From positions 77,834-141,833 of the forward strand of contig JAFXPG010000005.1 in NCBI GenBank assembly GCA_017528045.1: a DNA stretch of 64,000 bases, in the 5' to 3' direction. The translations under genes were made by a program, and so were the position numbers. Position 1 is the first letter of the stretch. Every line of letters begins with the position of its first letter. The notes below the pieces were generated by a model. That model saw only the letters and a list, made by a program, of their open reading frames with translations, had not been told where the DNA came from and did not search any database. Positions 1-8,656 of this stretch are shown here, one piece after another. The DNA comes from Alphaproteobacteria bacterium. Its GTDB lineage: Bacteria; Pseudomonadota; Alphaproteobacteria; Rs-D84.

Positions 1-402
1 TTCTGCCTTTTCTTTTGAAACATTTTGTATGTCTTGTATAACATCAACCGAATTGGCTCTGATTTTAACCAGTTGTCTGACTGCTTCTCTATCTCTGGTA
101 TCAGAAATATTATCTTTTCTAATTATTCTATTTGATTCTTGTTCGATATAATGATCAAAAAGTTTTTGTTCAGGGTGTTTACTTATCTTTGATATTTGAT
201 ATGAAGGTGCTTTTTGTAAAATTCCACAAAAAATTCCTAAAATAAAAGCAAAAATAATAAAGATTATGCCAAACCACCCTATAATACTATCATATAATTT
301 ATATTCTGCTTGTATCCCTAATAATATAAACCCAACCAAGCCAAATATAAAAGCTGTTATTACACCTATATCCCAGATGTTTTCTGCATTGTTTTTAGAC
401 AT
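1..402 (-). CDS. Hypothetical membrane protein, partial (3' end lies outside the window)
   Basis: This ORF is absent from the ORF track because it runs off the window edge. A minus-strand ATG at 402..400 is preceded by an AAGGAAG RBS (plus 407-413). I checked every minus-frame codon from 402 down to 1 and found no stop. The translation MSKNNAENIWDIGVITAFIFGLVGFILLGIQ... contains two hydrophobic helices. I recognise no family. Confidence 0.5.
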   Translation of the reverse strand, partial: MSKNNAENIWDIGVITAFIFGLVGFILLGIQAEYKLYDSIIGWFGIIFIIFAFILGIFCGILQKAPSYQISKISKHPEQKLFDHYIEQESNRIIRKDNISDTRDREAVRQLVKIRANSVDVIQDIQNVSKEKAE

Positions 403-458
403 TTTTCTTCCTTCGTTATCAATGCTATCATAACAAAGGTTAACAAAACAAGAAAAAA

Positions 459-644
459 CTAACCCAAAATCAATTGATTAAATAAGAAACCACAGTCATT
501 ATTCTTTTGTTGCATAAATTTGAACCAAGCAAGATAATGATTCAAGTATCTTGTTGAGATACCATTAAAGCCATACAAGAATCTTTTTAATCTTGAATGA
601 TATTTATTTACAGTGCTCAAATGGATGATATAATTCTTATGAAA
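459..644 (-). pseudogene. C-terminal remnant of a DDE transposase (IS1595-like), no start codon
   Basis: The minus-strand frame reads FHKNYIIHLSTVNKYHSRLKRFLYGFNGISTRYLNHYLAWFKFMQQKNNDCGFLFNQLILG*. The pattern HS.LKR....F.G.S..YL..YL.WF.F resembles the C-terminal end of IS1595-type transposases as I remember them. A TGA lies immediately upstream, and there are no catalytic region and no inverted repeats. Confidence 0.35.
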
Positions 645-760
645 TCAAGTTTTTAGTGTCAAAAAGATACATTATTTGCACTTGAGCCTTTAAATATTGG
701 AACATAAGTTATTATAAAACAGTTGCAATTACGATTGTTTTAATATAAAATCCAAGACAT

Positions 761-837
761 GCGCCCATGGCTCAATTGGATAGAGCAACAGATTTCTAAT
801 CTGTGGGTTGCAGGTTCGAGTCCTGCTGGGCGCGCCA
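761..837 (+). tRNA. tRNA-Arg (anticodon UCU)
   Basis: Manual cloverleaf: acceptor gcgccca/tgggcgc, anticodon stem acaga/tctgt, loop ttTCTaa, T-arm gcagg-ttcgagt-cctgc, and an encoded CCA. Confidence 0.93.
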
Positions 838-843
838 GAAATT

Positions 844-872
844 AAATCGGGCTTGACCCGATTTTATTTTTT
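844..872 (+). terminator. Intrinsic terminator after tRNA-Arg
   Basis: Hairpin aaatcggg-cttga-cccgattt followed by a T-rich run. Confidence 0.75.
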
Positions 873-911
873 ATGCTGTATATTTACTATAAATGTATGT
901 TTGATTCCGTC

Positions 912-939
912 TTGACAGTATAAGTATTTGTATTAATAT
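912..939 (+). promoter_or_regulatory. Sigma70-like promoter (distal) upstream of the 1029 gene
   Basis: TTGACA at 912-917, a 16-nt spacer, then TAATAT at 934-939. Confidence 0.45.
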
Positions 940-967
940 GCAAGAAATGAAATAATATAATATTTGC

Positions 968-995
968 TTGACAAATATAATTTATTGTCTATAAT
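968..995 (+). promoter_or_regulatory. Consensus sigma70-like promoter (proximal) upstream of the 1029 gene
   Basis: TTGACA at 968-973, a 16-nt spacer, then TATAAT at 990-995. Both hexamers match the consensus perfectly. Confidence 0.55.
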
Positions 996-1028
996 TTTGT
1001 TTAAATTAACGATAAAAGGGTGGTAATT

Positions 1029-1997
1029 ATGAAAAAGAACACAAAAAATTTTATTTTAGCGGCAACATTATTTGGTATAGCAGCTGCCACAGGTACAACT
1101 TTGGCGATTCATGATTCATATGAAAGAGCTAAACAAAGAAAAGACAAAGCTGTTAAAAATTTGCAATTACAAAATAGTGAATTAAAAGATTTGCAATATA
1201 AATTTGGTAAACAAATTGTTTTTTATTCTGATTCTGCTGCAAATTATGCGGAAAAAAATCCGCAATACGATGATATGAATACTTTATATGATATGTGTGT
1301 TAAAGCATCAGAACAGGCAAATAAAAATTATGAAAATTTAGAAAGAAAATTTTTGAAAAAAATATCAAATATTGGTAAGAAATTTTGTTATCCAGATGGT
1401 GGTTATCATTTTGTTACATGGTCACACGAATCTTATTATCGTCCAAAAACTATATCAGATTGGATGTTTATTTTAGAAGAAAATGCAAATCAAATTCCAA
1501 ATTTTAAATCATTACAAACAGAAGAAGAAAATTTAGAACATTTAAAGGTGTTAACATCAGATTTTGTTAATTTTGTTTATTTTGATATGTATGGTTATGT
1601 TATTAATGATAAAATGACCAGACAAGAAGATCAAAAAGTTATATTAAACAATGATGTTAATAATAATGTGGATAATAAATATTTAGAAGACCATTCTTAT
1701 CATATAGTTGATAGTATTCATGCATTTAATAATTTAGATAATATCAAACAAGATGAGCTTATAAATAAATTAGTTAATGATTGTTTATATAAATTTGCTG
1801 TATTTGGTAAGCATGGCATGAATTTAATAGATAATGATTATATGAAAAAAATTCGTGTTTTTGCAATGAATATACAAAAACACAATGAATTGGAATCTGG
1901 AAAAATAAGTTATCAAAAAGCTTTTTCAGATATATATAATCAATTGCAGATTAATAAAGAAGGTATTGTTGCTTTACAATCTCAAAATTCAAAATAA
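1029..1997 (+). CDS. Hypothetical N-terminally membrane-anchored protein (orphan)
   Basis: The ORF track gives 1020..1997. I prefer the ATG at 1029 because of the AAAAGGGTGG RBS. The protein starts MKKNTKNFILAATLFGIAAATGTTLAI (a signal anchor), followed by a coiled-coil-like segment. I recognise no family. Confidence 0.65.
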   Translation: MKKNTKNFILAATLFGIAAATGTTLAIHDSYERAKQRKDKAVKNLQLQNSELKDLQYKFGKQIVFYSDSAANYAEKNPQYDDMNTLYDMCVKASEQANKNYENLERKFLKKISNIGKKFCYPDGGYHFVTWSHESYYRPKTISDWMFILEENANQIPNFKSLQTEEENLEHLKVLTSDFVNFVYFDMYGYVINDKMTRQEDQKVILNNDVNNNVDNKYLEDHSYHIVDSIHAFNNLDNIKQDELINKLVNDCLYKFAVFGKHGMNLIDNDYMKKIRVFAMNIQKHNELESGKISYQKAFSDIYNQLQINKEGIVALQSQNSK

Positions 1998-2009
1998 AAG
2001 GTTATTATC

Positions 2010-2768
2010 ATGGATAAATCTAAAAAAATTAAAAAAGCTACACGTTTAACACGTAATAAAAACATTAAACAAAATATTAAAAAAGTTTTGATGTTTCCAT
2101 GGACAGTATTGAAAGCAATGTGGCTTTTTATTTGTCGTGTATGCAATAAAGTTTGGAATTGGTTAAAATCTATTAATATCATAGGAATGATAAATTTAAC
2201 ATTATTAGTTGCTATAATGGTGTTATGTTCTTCATTGGTTAACGATTATATTCGTTCTGACAGATTTTATACTGCTGCTACAGCTGCACAAGTTCAAAGA
2301 GACAATATGAATATTGCAAAAAAAGCAGCTGTTAATAACACAAATCGTAAAGTTGTGAAACGTAAATTTAATACAACATTACCAATGAAAGCTGATCCTG
2401 AAACAAACATTAAACCACAAATTAAAGTGGTTGGTGTTAAAAAACCAATGATTGTTAAAGAATTATCTTTCCCAGCTAGTGAATTACCAAAACAAAATTT
2501 AGGTGGTGATGTTGTGATCGATTCTTTCCGTGATACAACAGTTTTGTCAAATGGTGTAAAAGTAAATGGAAATTTATTTATTCAAAATATGCGTAAATAT
2601 ACTTTGCCATGTGATGCCGAAATAAATGGAAATTTATTTATTCGTAATGTAGATCATTTAAGATTTTGTGGTGGATTCACAGTAAAAGGAAATATTTATG
2701 TTAATCGTCAATCTGCATTTGGGCCAATACCAGATAATGCAAAAATTACAGGTCAAGTAATTTTATAA
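2010..2768 (+). CDS. Membrane-anchored protein with a C-terminal bactofilin-like beta-helical repeat
   Basis: It has a basic N-terminus and one TM helix (IIGMINLTLLVAIMVLCSSLV). The C-terminus carries three 20-aa repeats: VNGNLFIQN, INGNLFIRN and VKGNIYVN. It lies 12 nt after the previous gene, so the two are probably co-transcribed. Confidence 0.7.
   Translation: MDKSKKIKKATRLTRNKNIKQNIKKVLMFPWTVLKAMWLFICRVCNKVWNWLKSINIIGMINLTLLVAIMVLCSSLVNDYIRSDRFYTAATAAQVQRDNMNIAKKAAVNNTNRKVVKRKFNTTLPMKADPETNIKPQIKVVGVKKPMIVKELSFPASELPKQNLGGDVVIDSFRDTTVLSNGVKVNGNLFIQNMRKYTLPCDAEINGNLFIRNVDHLRFCGGFTVKGNIYVNRQSAFGPIPDNAKITGQVIL
2563..2643 (+). repeat. Exact 21-nt direct repeat with 60-nt periodicity inside the 2010 CDS
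   Basis: taaatggaaatttatttattc occurs at 2563-2583 and again at 2623-2643. A degenerate third copy lies about 60 nt further on. Confidence 0.9.
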
Positions 2769-2793
2769 GATTTTTGAACAAAAGAAAAACAAA

Positions 2794-2819
2794 ACACCGT
2801 TTTTTAGCGGTGCTTTTTT
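2794..2819 (+). terminator. Intrinsic terminator
   Basis: Stem caccg/cggtg followed by a T6 run, downstream of the stop at 2768. Confidence 0.6.
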
Positions 2820-2879
2820 GTTTATTTAATTTTTTATTATGATATAATATATAAACATGGACAGAAAAGGGAGAATAAA

Positions 2880-3140
2880 ATGAATTTCTTAGATAAATTG
2901 GGTAAAGTATTAATGAAGAATATCGGATACACAATCACATTGATTGTTGCTTTGGTTTTTTTCTTGTATTTTACAGAAGGTGATTTAATTGCTGGTATTT
3001 TCACAGCTGTTTGTGCTTTGGTTATATATGCTTGTATCATGTTGTTGTATAAAGAATACAAAAATATGTCTGCACCAAAAACAATAGCCAAGAAAGTTAT
3101 TGTAAAAAAAGCATCAGCAAAAAAATCTAAAAAGAAATAA
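2880..3140 (+). CDS. Small membrane protein with a lysine-rich tail
   Basis: GGGAG RBS, two hydrophobic helices, and the C-terminal tail KKVIVKKASAKKSKKK. I recognise no family. Confidence 0.6.
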   Translation: MNFLDKLGKVLMKNIGYTITLIVALVFFLYFTEGDLIAGIFTAVCALVIYACIMLLYKEYKNMSAPKTIAKKVIVKKASAKKSKKK

Positions 3141-3172
3141 AAAAACCGCCCGTCTGGGCGGTGTTTTTTTTA
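3141..3172. terminator. Bidirectional intrinsic terminator between convergent genes
   Basis: Stem ccgccc/gggcgg with loop gtct, an A-run upstream and a T8 run downstream. Confidence 0.85.
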
Positions 3173-3523
3173 TTATTTTTTATCAACACTAACTGGTTCA
3201 GCAGGTGTTTCTGGTTGAACAGTTGATTGTGCCGGTTCTGAATTTGTTGTTAATTCTTGACGCAATTCAGATTGATGTTGAACAGAAGAAGTGCTTTTTG
3301 CAACAACCAAAGATAATAATGCACACAATATAAAGAATATTGTTGCTAAAATTGCTGTTGTTTTTGTTAAGAAATTTCCTGCGGCTGAGCCTGTCAATAC
3401 ACCACCAAACATTGATGCGGCTTGTGAACCAGACATGCCAGAACCTTCTGATTTTTGTAATAGAATCAAACAAATCATTAATACTGCAACGATTACTAAT
3501 AAAACTAATAAAATTGAAAACAT
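3173..3523 (-). CDS. secG: Preprotein translocase subunit SecG
   Basis: 116 aa with two TM helices flanking the LLQKSEGSGMSG..FGG motif that is typical of SecG. Confidence 0.8.
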   Translation of the reverse strand: MFSILLVLLVIVAVLMICLILLQKSEGSGMSGSQAASMFGGVLTGSAAGNFLTKTTAILATIFFILCALLSLVVAKSTSSVQHQSELRQELTTNSEPAQSTVQPETPAEPVSVDKK

Positions 3524-3567
3524 GTTTTGTCCTTTTTTCTTTATTGCAGATTGTAATAAGCCAGCAT

Positions 3568-4197
3568 TTAAATTGCAAGAATTTTTAATAATTTTTCTGC
3601 GGCATCTAAACTGGCTAATTTTTTTGAAGCCCCAACACCATGTGCAGATTTTCCCATGGCTGTTACTGTTGCTGTGAATATTGGATTATGAGAAGAACCA
3701 GTTGGTTCTTGATATGTGTAAACAGGTAAAGCCCCTGCATCAGATTTTTGAACGAATTCTTGCAAGGCAGTTTTAGAATCTTTTGGAGCAATTATTTCTG
3801 CAGCAGCCAATTCGGTCCAAATATTAACAATTATTTGTTTTACTGTTTCGAATCCTGAATCTAAAAATATAGCCCCTAAAACAGCTTCCATAGTGTTTGC
3901 AAGCATATGATTGATTTTTCCACCTGTCATATGACCATGTTTTACACGATTTTGTAAACCAATTTGCATGGCAACATGTGCCAGAGTTTCGGTAGAAACC
4001 AGGGTTGCATGACGACGTGCCAAGCCACCTTCGGCTTCGTTTGGATACATTTTATAAAGCAATTCGGCAACCGATAAACCTAAAACACGATCACCAATAA
4101 ATTCTAATCTTTCATTATTGTGGTCTGCGTTAACACCACTTTGTGTTAATGCCAGTTCCAGCAAAGATTTATCTTTGAATTCGTAATTTAATGTCAT
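3568..4197 (-). CDS. rnc: Ribonuclease III
   Basis: It carries the ERLEFIGDRVLGL signature and a C-terminal dsRBD. I prefer the ATG at 4197, which overlaps the lepB stop by 1 nt (TAATG). The track start at 4230 lies inside lepB. Confidence 0.95.
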   Translation of the reverse strand: MTLNYEFKDKSLLELALTQSGVNADHNNERLEFIGDRVLGLSVAELLYKMYPNEAEGGLARRHATLVSTETLAHVAMQIGLQNRVKHGHMTGGKINHMLANTMEAVLGAIFLDSGFETVKQIIVNIWTELAAAEIIAPKDSKTALQEFVQKSDAGALPVYTYQEPTGSSHNPIFTATVTAMGKSAHGVGASKKLASLDAAEKLLKILAI

Positions 4198-5081
4198 TAT
4201 TTTTTCCTTGCCATACCAATTCTTTCCCAACGGATTTTATTACCCCAATACCAAAAAGCTAATCCAGACGCATAATAATTATGAGAATACCATATAAACC
4301 ATACATTACCTAAAACATTATCTCGTGGAACATATGATACAGCAGGTGTTCTGCTGTCTGCACTGTTATCACGATTATCGCCCATAAAAAATAAATGTCC
4401 TTCTGGAACGGTAAATATTTCTGTATTATCTAGTGGACCATTATCACTTACTTCAATAATACTGTGCTCTATGCCATTTGGTAAAATTTCTGTATATTCA
4501 GTTGCATGATGAATTCCGCATTCATAAGGGTTTGTTTTACATATGTAATCTGACTTATATTCAATAGTATAATTGAACGGGGCTGGTTCATTATCTATCC
4601 AAATTTTGTTTCCTTTGATAGACATATTATCTTTGTAGTAGCCAACACTGCGCATAGATTTTGGTAAATTTGCTACAATATATGGATGAGGATTTTTACG
4701 TTCAACCATTTTCCCATTTATATACAAACGGCCATCTTTCATTTGAATTGTATCGCCAGCAACGCCAATTAATCTTTTTACATATTCAACATCTGCGTTT
4801 GGTTTACGAAAAACTATGATATCACCAACAGATGGTTCTTTTGCAGCAAAAAAACGTCCGTCCCACAAATTCCAAGAACCAAAAGGAAAAGAATATCTGG
4901 AATAACCATAAGACCATTTTTGAACGAATATATGATCACCAACTTGCAATGATGGTATCATAGAACCAGATGGTATATTAAAAGGTTCTAATAATAAGCT
5001 GCGAAAAATAATAGCAATCAAACCACCATAAAATATGGTGTCAAACCATTCGCGAACAACATTGCGGTTTTTGTTTGACAT
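4197..5081 (-). CDS. lepB: Signal peptidase I
   Basis: The catalytic motifs SGSMIPSL, VKRLIG and GDNRDNSADSR are all present. Confidence 0.95.
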   Translation of the reverse strand: MSNKNRNVVREWFDTIFYGGLIAIIFRSLLLEPFNIPSGSMIPSLQVGDHIFVQKWSYGYSRYSFPFGSWNLWDGRFFAAKEPSVGDIIVFRKPNADVEYVKRLIGVAGDTIQMKDGRLYINGKMVERKNPHPYIVANLPKSMRSVGYYKDNMSIKGNKIWIDNEPAPFNYTIEYKSDYICKTNPYECGIHHATEYTEILPNGIEHSIIEVSDNGPLDNTEIFTVPEGHLFFMGDNRDNSADSRTPAVSYVPRDNVLGNVWFIWYSHNYYASGLAFWYWGNKIRWERIGMARKK

Positions 5082-5153
5082 TATAAATCCTTTTTTTATA
5101 ACAAAGGCATTTTATACCTTGAAAACAATCTGTGCAAGTTTTAATATGTTCGT

Positions 5154-6677
5154 ATGATAAATTTAAATTCAATCATTTTTAATGGTATGGATGTCACGAA
5201 AATAGATATCCAAGTTCAATTGTCTGCGGGATTTGCAAAACCTGAATTTAATATTATTGGCTTAGCAGACAGAACAGTTAAAGAATCTGCAGAAAGAATT
5301 CGTAATGCTTTATCTGCTTTGAATTTATCTTTACCGGCAAAAAGGTTAACAGTTAATTTATCTCCGGCAGATATAGAAAAATCTGGTTCACATTTTGATT
5401 TGCCAATATTATGTGGAATTTTATGTGCTATTGGTGTATTACCAGAAGAAGAATTATCTAGATATTTAATAATTGGTGAAATTGGGTTAGATGGTGCAAT
5501 TGTCAGAACAAATGGTGTTTTACCTGCCAGTGTTTGGGCAAACAATAATGGTTTTGGTATTATATGTCCTGGTACTCAAGGTTCAGAAGCTCGTTGGGCT
5601 GGACACACAAATATACTAGCTCCAAATCATGTTTTAGATTTAATAAATCATTTTCGTGGTAATCAAATATTACCTTTACCACCAATGCCAAAATCTGTTG
5701 AATCAGAACAAAAGATTGGTGATATGTCTGAAGTACATGGTCAAGAAGCGGCTAAGCGTGCTTTAGAAATAGCAGCAGCTGGTGGTCATGCAATGTTGAT
5801 GGTTGGACCTCCAGGGTCAGGAAAAACAATGTTAGCATCACGTTTGCCAACTATTATGCCAGAAATGACAGCAGATGAAATTTTAGAAACATCTGTTATA
5901 TATTCGATTGCTGGAAAATTAGAAAATCAGTCTTTGATATCTAATCGTCCTTTTCGCAGCGTTCATCATACTGCCAGTGCGGTTGCTTTAGCAGGAGGTG
6001 GCAGTGATGCAAAACCTGGTGAAATATCTTTGGCGCATAATGGTGTTTTATTTTTAGATGAATTGCCAGAATTTAATCGTGCAACATTGGAAATTTTACG
6101 TCAACCGATGGAATCTGGAAAAATTGTTATATCGCGTGCAAAAAAGAATGCTGTATATCCTGCACATTTTCAATTGATTGCCGCTATGAACCCTTGTCCT
6201 TGTGGACATTTGGGAAATGCTGCATTATCTTGTTCCAGGGCACCTCGTTGTGCAGAAGCGTATCAAAATAAAATTTCCGGGCCATTATTGGATCGAATCG
6301 ATTTACATGTTGATGTTGATGCTGTAAATCCATGGGAAATGAAAAAAATTTCAGAAAGTTCTGCTGAAACCAGTGCACAAATACGTGAACGTGTTATCAA
6401 AGCTCGTGATAAGCAAATTGCACGTCAAGGTTATGTTAATGCACTTTTAGATGGTGCAGATATGGATAAATATGTTGTTTTGAATGAAGATTTAACAAAT
6501 TTTTTGAATACTGCTGCTGAAAAAATGGGAATGTCAGCACGTGGTTATAATCGTATAAAAAGAATAGCACGAACAATTGCTGATTTACGTGGTGATAATA
6601 ATATTATAATGTCTGATATTGCAGAAGCTTTATCTTACAGACCTGTAAATCGTGGAAAATATGGTGTAAAACATTAA
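5154..6677 (+). CDS. yifB: YifB/ComM-family Mg-chelatase-like ATPase
   Basis: It has a Lon-like N-terminal domain, the Walker A motif GPPGSGKT, the FLDELPEF motif, and a C-terminal helical domain. Confidence 0.9.
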   Translation: MINLNSIIFNGMDVTKIDIQVQLSAGFAKPEFNIIGLADRTVKESAERIRNALSALNLSLPAKRLTVNLSPADIEKSGSHFDLPILCGILCAIGVLPEEELSRYLIIGEIGLDGAIVRTNGVLPASVWANNNGFGIICPGTQGSEARWAGHTNILAPNHVLDLINHFRGNQILPLPPMPKSVESEQKIGDMSEVHGQEAAKRALEIAAAGGHAMLMVGPPGSGKTMLASRLPTIMPEMTADEILETSVIYSIAGKLENQSLISNRPFRSVHHTASAVALAGGGSDAKPGEISLAHNGVLFLDELPEFNRATLEILRQPMESGKIVISRAKKNAVYPAHFQLIAAMNPCPCGHLGNAALSCSRAPRCAEAYQNKISGPLLDRIDLHVDVDAVNPWEMKKISESSAETSAQIRERVIKARDKQIARQGYVNALLDGADMDKYVVLNEDLTNFLNTAAEKMGMSARGYNRIKRIARTIADLRGDNNIIMSDIAEALSYRPVNRGKYGVKH

Positions 6678-6702
6678 AAAAACCGCAAAAATTGCGGTTT
6701 TT
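6678..6702 (+). terminator. Intrinsic terminator
   Basis: Stem aaccgcaa/ttgcggtt plus a T-run. Confidence 0.8.
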
Positions 6703-6851
6703 AAAACAAATGAAATAACCGCATGCCAACGATTCTTTCATATGATACATTATATTATATCATATTTTTTACTATTTTCCTAAGAATTCTTTCCAATAGC
6801 TTGTTTTTCTGCTTTTGTTATAATTTTTTTGTAACATTAAGGAGATAAAAA

Positions 6852-7331
6852 ATGATGTTTTTAAAATTTATATTTGCAATGTTTTTAGGTTTTTTACCAG
6901 GAATAGTTGGTTTAATATTTGCACCAATAGAAACCGGGCAAAATGCTTGGTATAGCACATTGGTCAGTTCTTCTTTGACACCAGATGGTTGGATGTTTTC
7001 TATGATGTGGGCTGTTTTATATTTCTTTATGGGTATAGCATTGTTTATGATAATGCAAACTACAGATCATTCAAATCGTCATGATAAAACAAGTGCATAT
7101 ACTTTATTTACAATAAATATACTGTTGAATATGTTATGGACATACTCATTCTTTGGTTTGCATTTACCAGAAGCTGCTTTAATAGTTTTAACTGCATTGA
7201 TAATTGTTGTCTTGTTTATGGCTAAAGCATATTTAAGAATCAGCAAAGGTGCATTCTGGTTAACGGTTCCATATTTATTATGGTTAATGTTCGCATTCTA
7301 TTTGAACGGAATGATAATATATTTAAATTAA
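6852..7331 (+). CDS. tspO: TspO/MBR-family tryptophan-rich sensory protein
   Basis: It has five TM helices and is rich in W and Y, with the motifs WYSTL, PDGWMFSMMWAVLY and LNMLWTYSFFG. An AAGGAG RBS precedes it. Confidence 0.8.
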   Translation: MMFLKFIFAMFLGFLPGIVGLIFAPIETGQNAWYSTLVSSSLTPDGWMFSMMWAVLYFFMGIALFMIMQTTDHSNRHDKTSAYTLFTINILLNMLWTYSFFGLHLPEAALIVLTALIIVVLFMAKAYLRISKGAFWLTVPYLLWLMFAFYLNGMIIYLN

Positions 7332-7339
7332 TGTGATTT

Positions 7340-7699
7340 TTAATATTTTAATTCTTTGAAATTGGGGTCGCCGAGATTTAATGTCTTAAGCCCCAATTCT
7401 TCTATATAATCAGCAGAATTGTTTGGGTGTTGTAACAAATATATATGTTGTTGTAATTGTTTTAAATTATTTTGTGCAACAGTTAATTCTTGCTTTTCAT
7501 GGTTTAATTTCCACATGTTTAAAACGAAACTTTGCACATTTTGAGTTCCCATAAACAAACGGACAAAGAAAAATATAGATAATAACATCAGTATAAAACC
7601 GAATTTTCCACGTGCGCTGGTCACCCAAGCACTTTTTACAAATTCAAAGAAATTTTTGATTTTTTCTTTCATGTCGTCTATTATATCACAAATGTTCAA
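7340..7699 (-). CDS. ftsB: Septum formation initiator (FtsB/DivIC family)
   Basis: It has a single TM helix, a coiled coil, and a C-terminal DYIEELGLKTLNLG motif. The start is uncertain; an alternative ATG lies at 7672. Confidence 0.6.
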   Translation of the reverse strand: MNICDIIDDMKEKIKNFFEFVKSAWVTSARGKFGFILMLLSIFFFVRLFMGTQNVQSFVLNMWKLNHEKQELTVAQNNLKQLQQHIYLLQHPNNSADYIEELGLKTLNLGDPNFKELKY

Positions 7700-8609
7700 G
7701 AATCATAATCAAATTTTTGCAGCACCACTTGCAGGTATTACAGATAAGCCGTTCAGAAAACTTGTACGACAATTTGCACCTGATGTATCCATGGTTACAG
7801 AAATGATATCTTGTCATTCTTTGGTAGAAGGACATAAAAATTGTATTCGTAATTTTGATAATTATGAAGATGAAGGTAATATTGGAACACAAATATTTGG
7901 TGCTGATCCATTTCTTATGGGACAAGCTGCTAAGATATTACAAGATGCTGGGGCAAAGTGGATTGATATAAATATGGGATGTCCTGTTCCAAAAGTTGCA
8001 ACCAGAGCAGGGGCAGGAGCTTTCTTGATGAAAGATCATAAATTAGCCGGACAAATAATTTCAGAATGTATAAAATCTGTTCAAATACCTGTATCAATAA
8101 AAACAAGATTGGGTTGGGATGAATCTCATAAAGATTGGGAAGATTTGGTACGTGTTGCCGCTGATTGTGGTGCCAGTTTTGTATCGTTGCATGGGCGTAC
8201 TCGTGCCCAGGGATATTCTGGAAATTCCCGATTACCACAAAAACCAAATTTACCTTTGCCAATAATAGCAAATGGTGACATCAAAAATATTTCAGATATA
8301 GAGCATGTACAAAATCTTGGTTATGATGGTGCGATGATTGGTCGCGGAATGTTGGGAAAACCATGGCTTTTAGGTTTGTTTTGTGGTACTTGTACAGAAC
8401 CGGATAATATTGGAGAAATAGTTTTAAAACATCTGGATTATGTCATAGATTATTATGGTGCAAAAGTTGGTATTCCTATGTTCAGAAAACATGTTGCTTG
8501 GTATTCATCTGGGATGAAAAATTCTGCACAATTCAGAATACAAATAAATCAAATATTAGATGAACAAGAATTAAGAAAAATCATAAAAGATTTTTGGTCT
8601 GTTTGTTGA
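7692..8609 (+). CDS. dusB: tRNA-dihydrouridine synthase (DusB/NifR3-like)
   Basis: The motifs APLAGITDKPFR, DINMGCPVPKV and HGRTR are present. I moved the start to the internal ATG at 7692 (the track gives 7656). Confidence 0.9.
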   Translation: MFKNHNQIFAAPLAGITDKPFRKLVRQFAPDVSMVTEMISCHSLVEGHKNCIRNFDNYEDEGNIGTQIFGADPFLMGQAAKILQDAGAKWIDINMGCPVPKVATRAGAGAFLMKDHKLAGQIISECIKSVQIPVSIKTRLGWDESHKDWEDLVRVAADCGASFVSLHGRTRAQGYSGNSRLPQKPNLPLPIIANGDIKNISDIEHVQNLGYDGAMIGRGMLGKPWLLGLFCGTCTEPDNIGEIVLKHLDYVIDYYGAKVGIPMFRKHVAWYSSGMKNSAQFRIQINQILDEQELRKIIKDFWSVC

Positions 8610-8656
8610 CAAGAACAATAATCTATCATAACATATCGGTATCAAAGGATTTGCAA

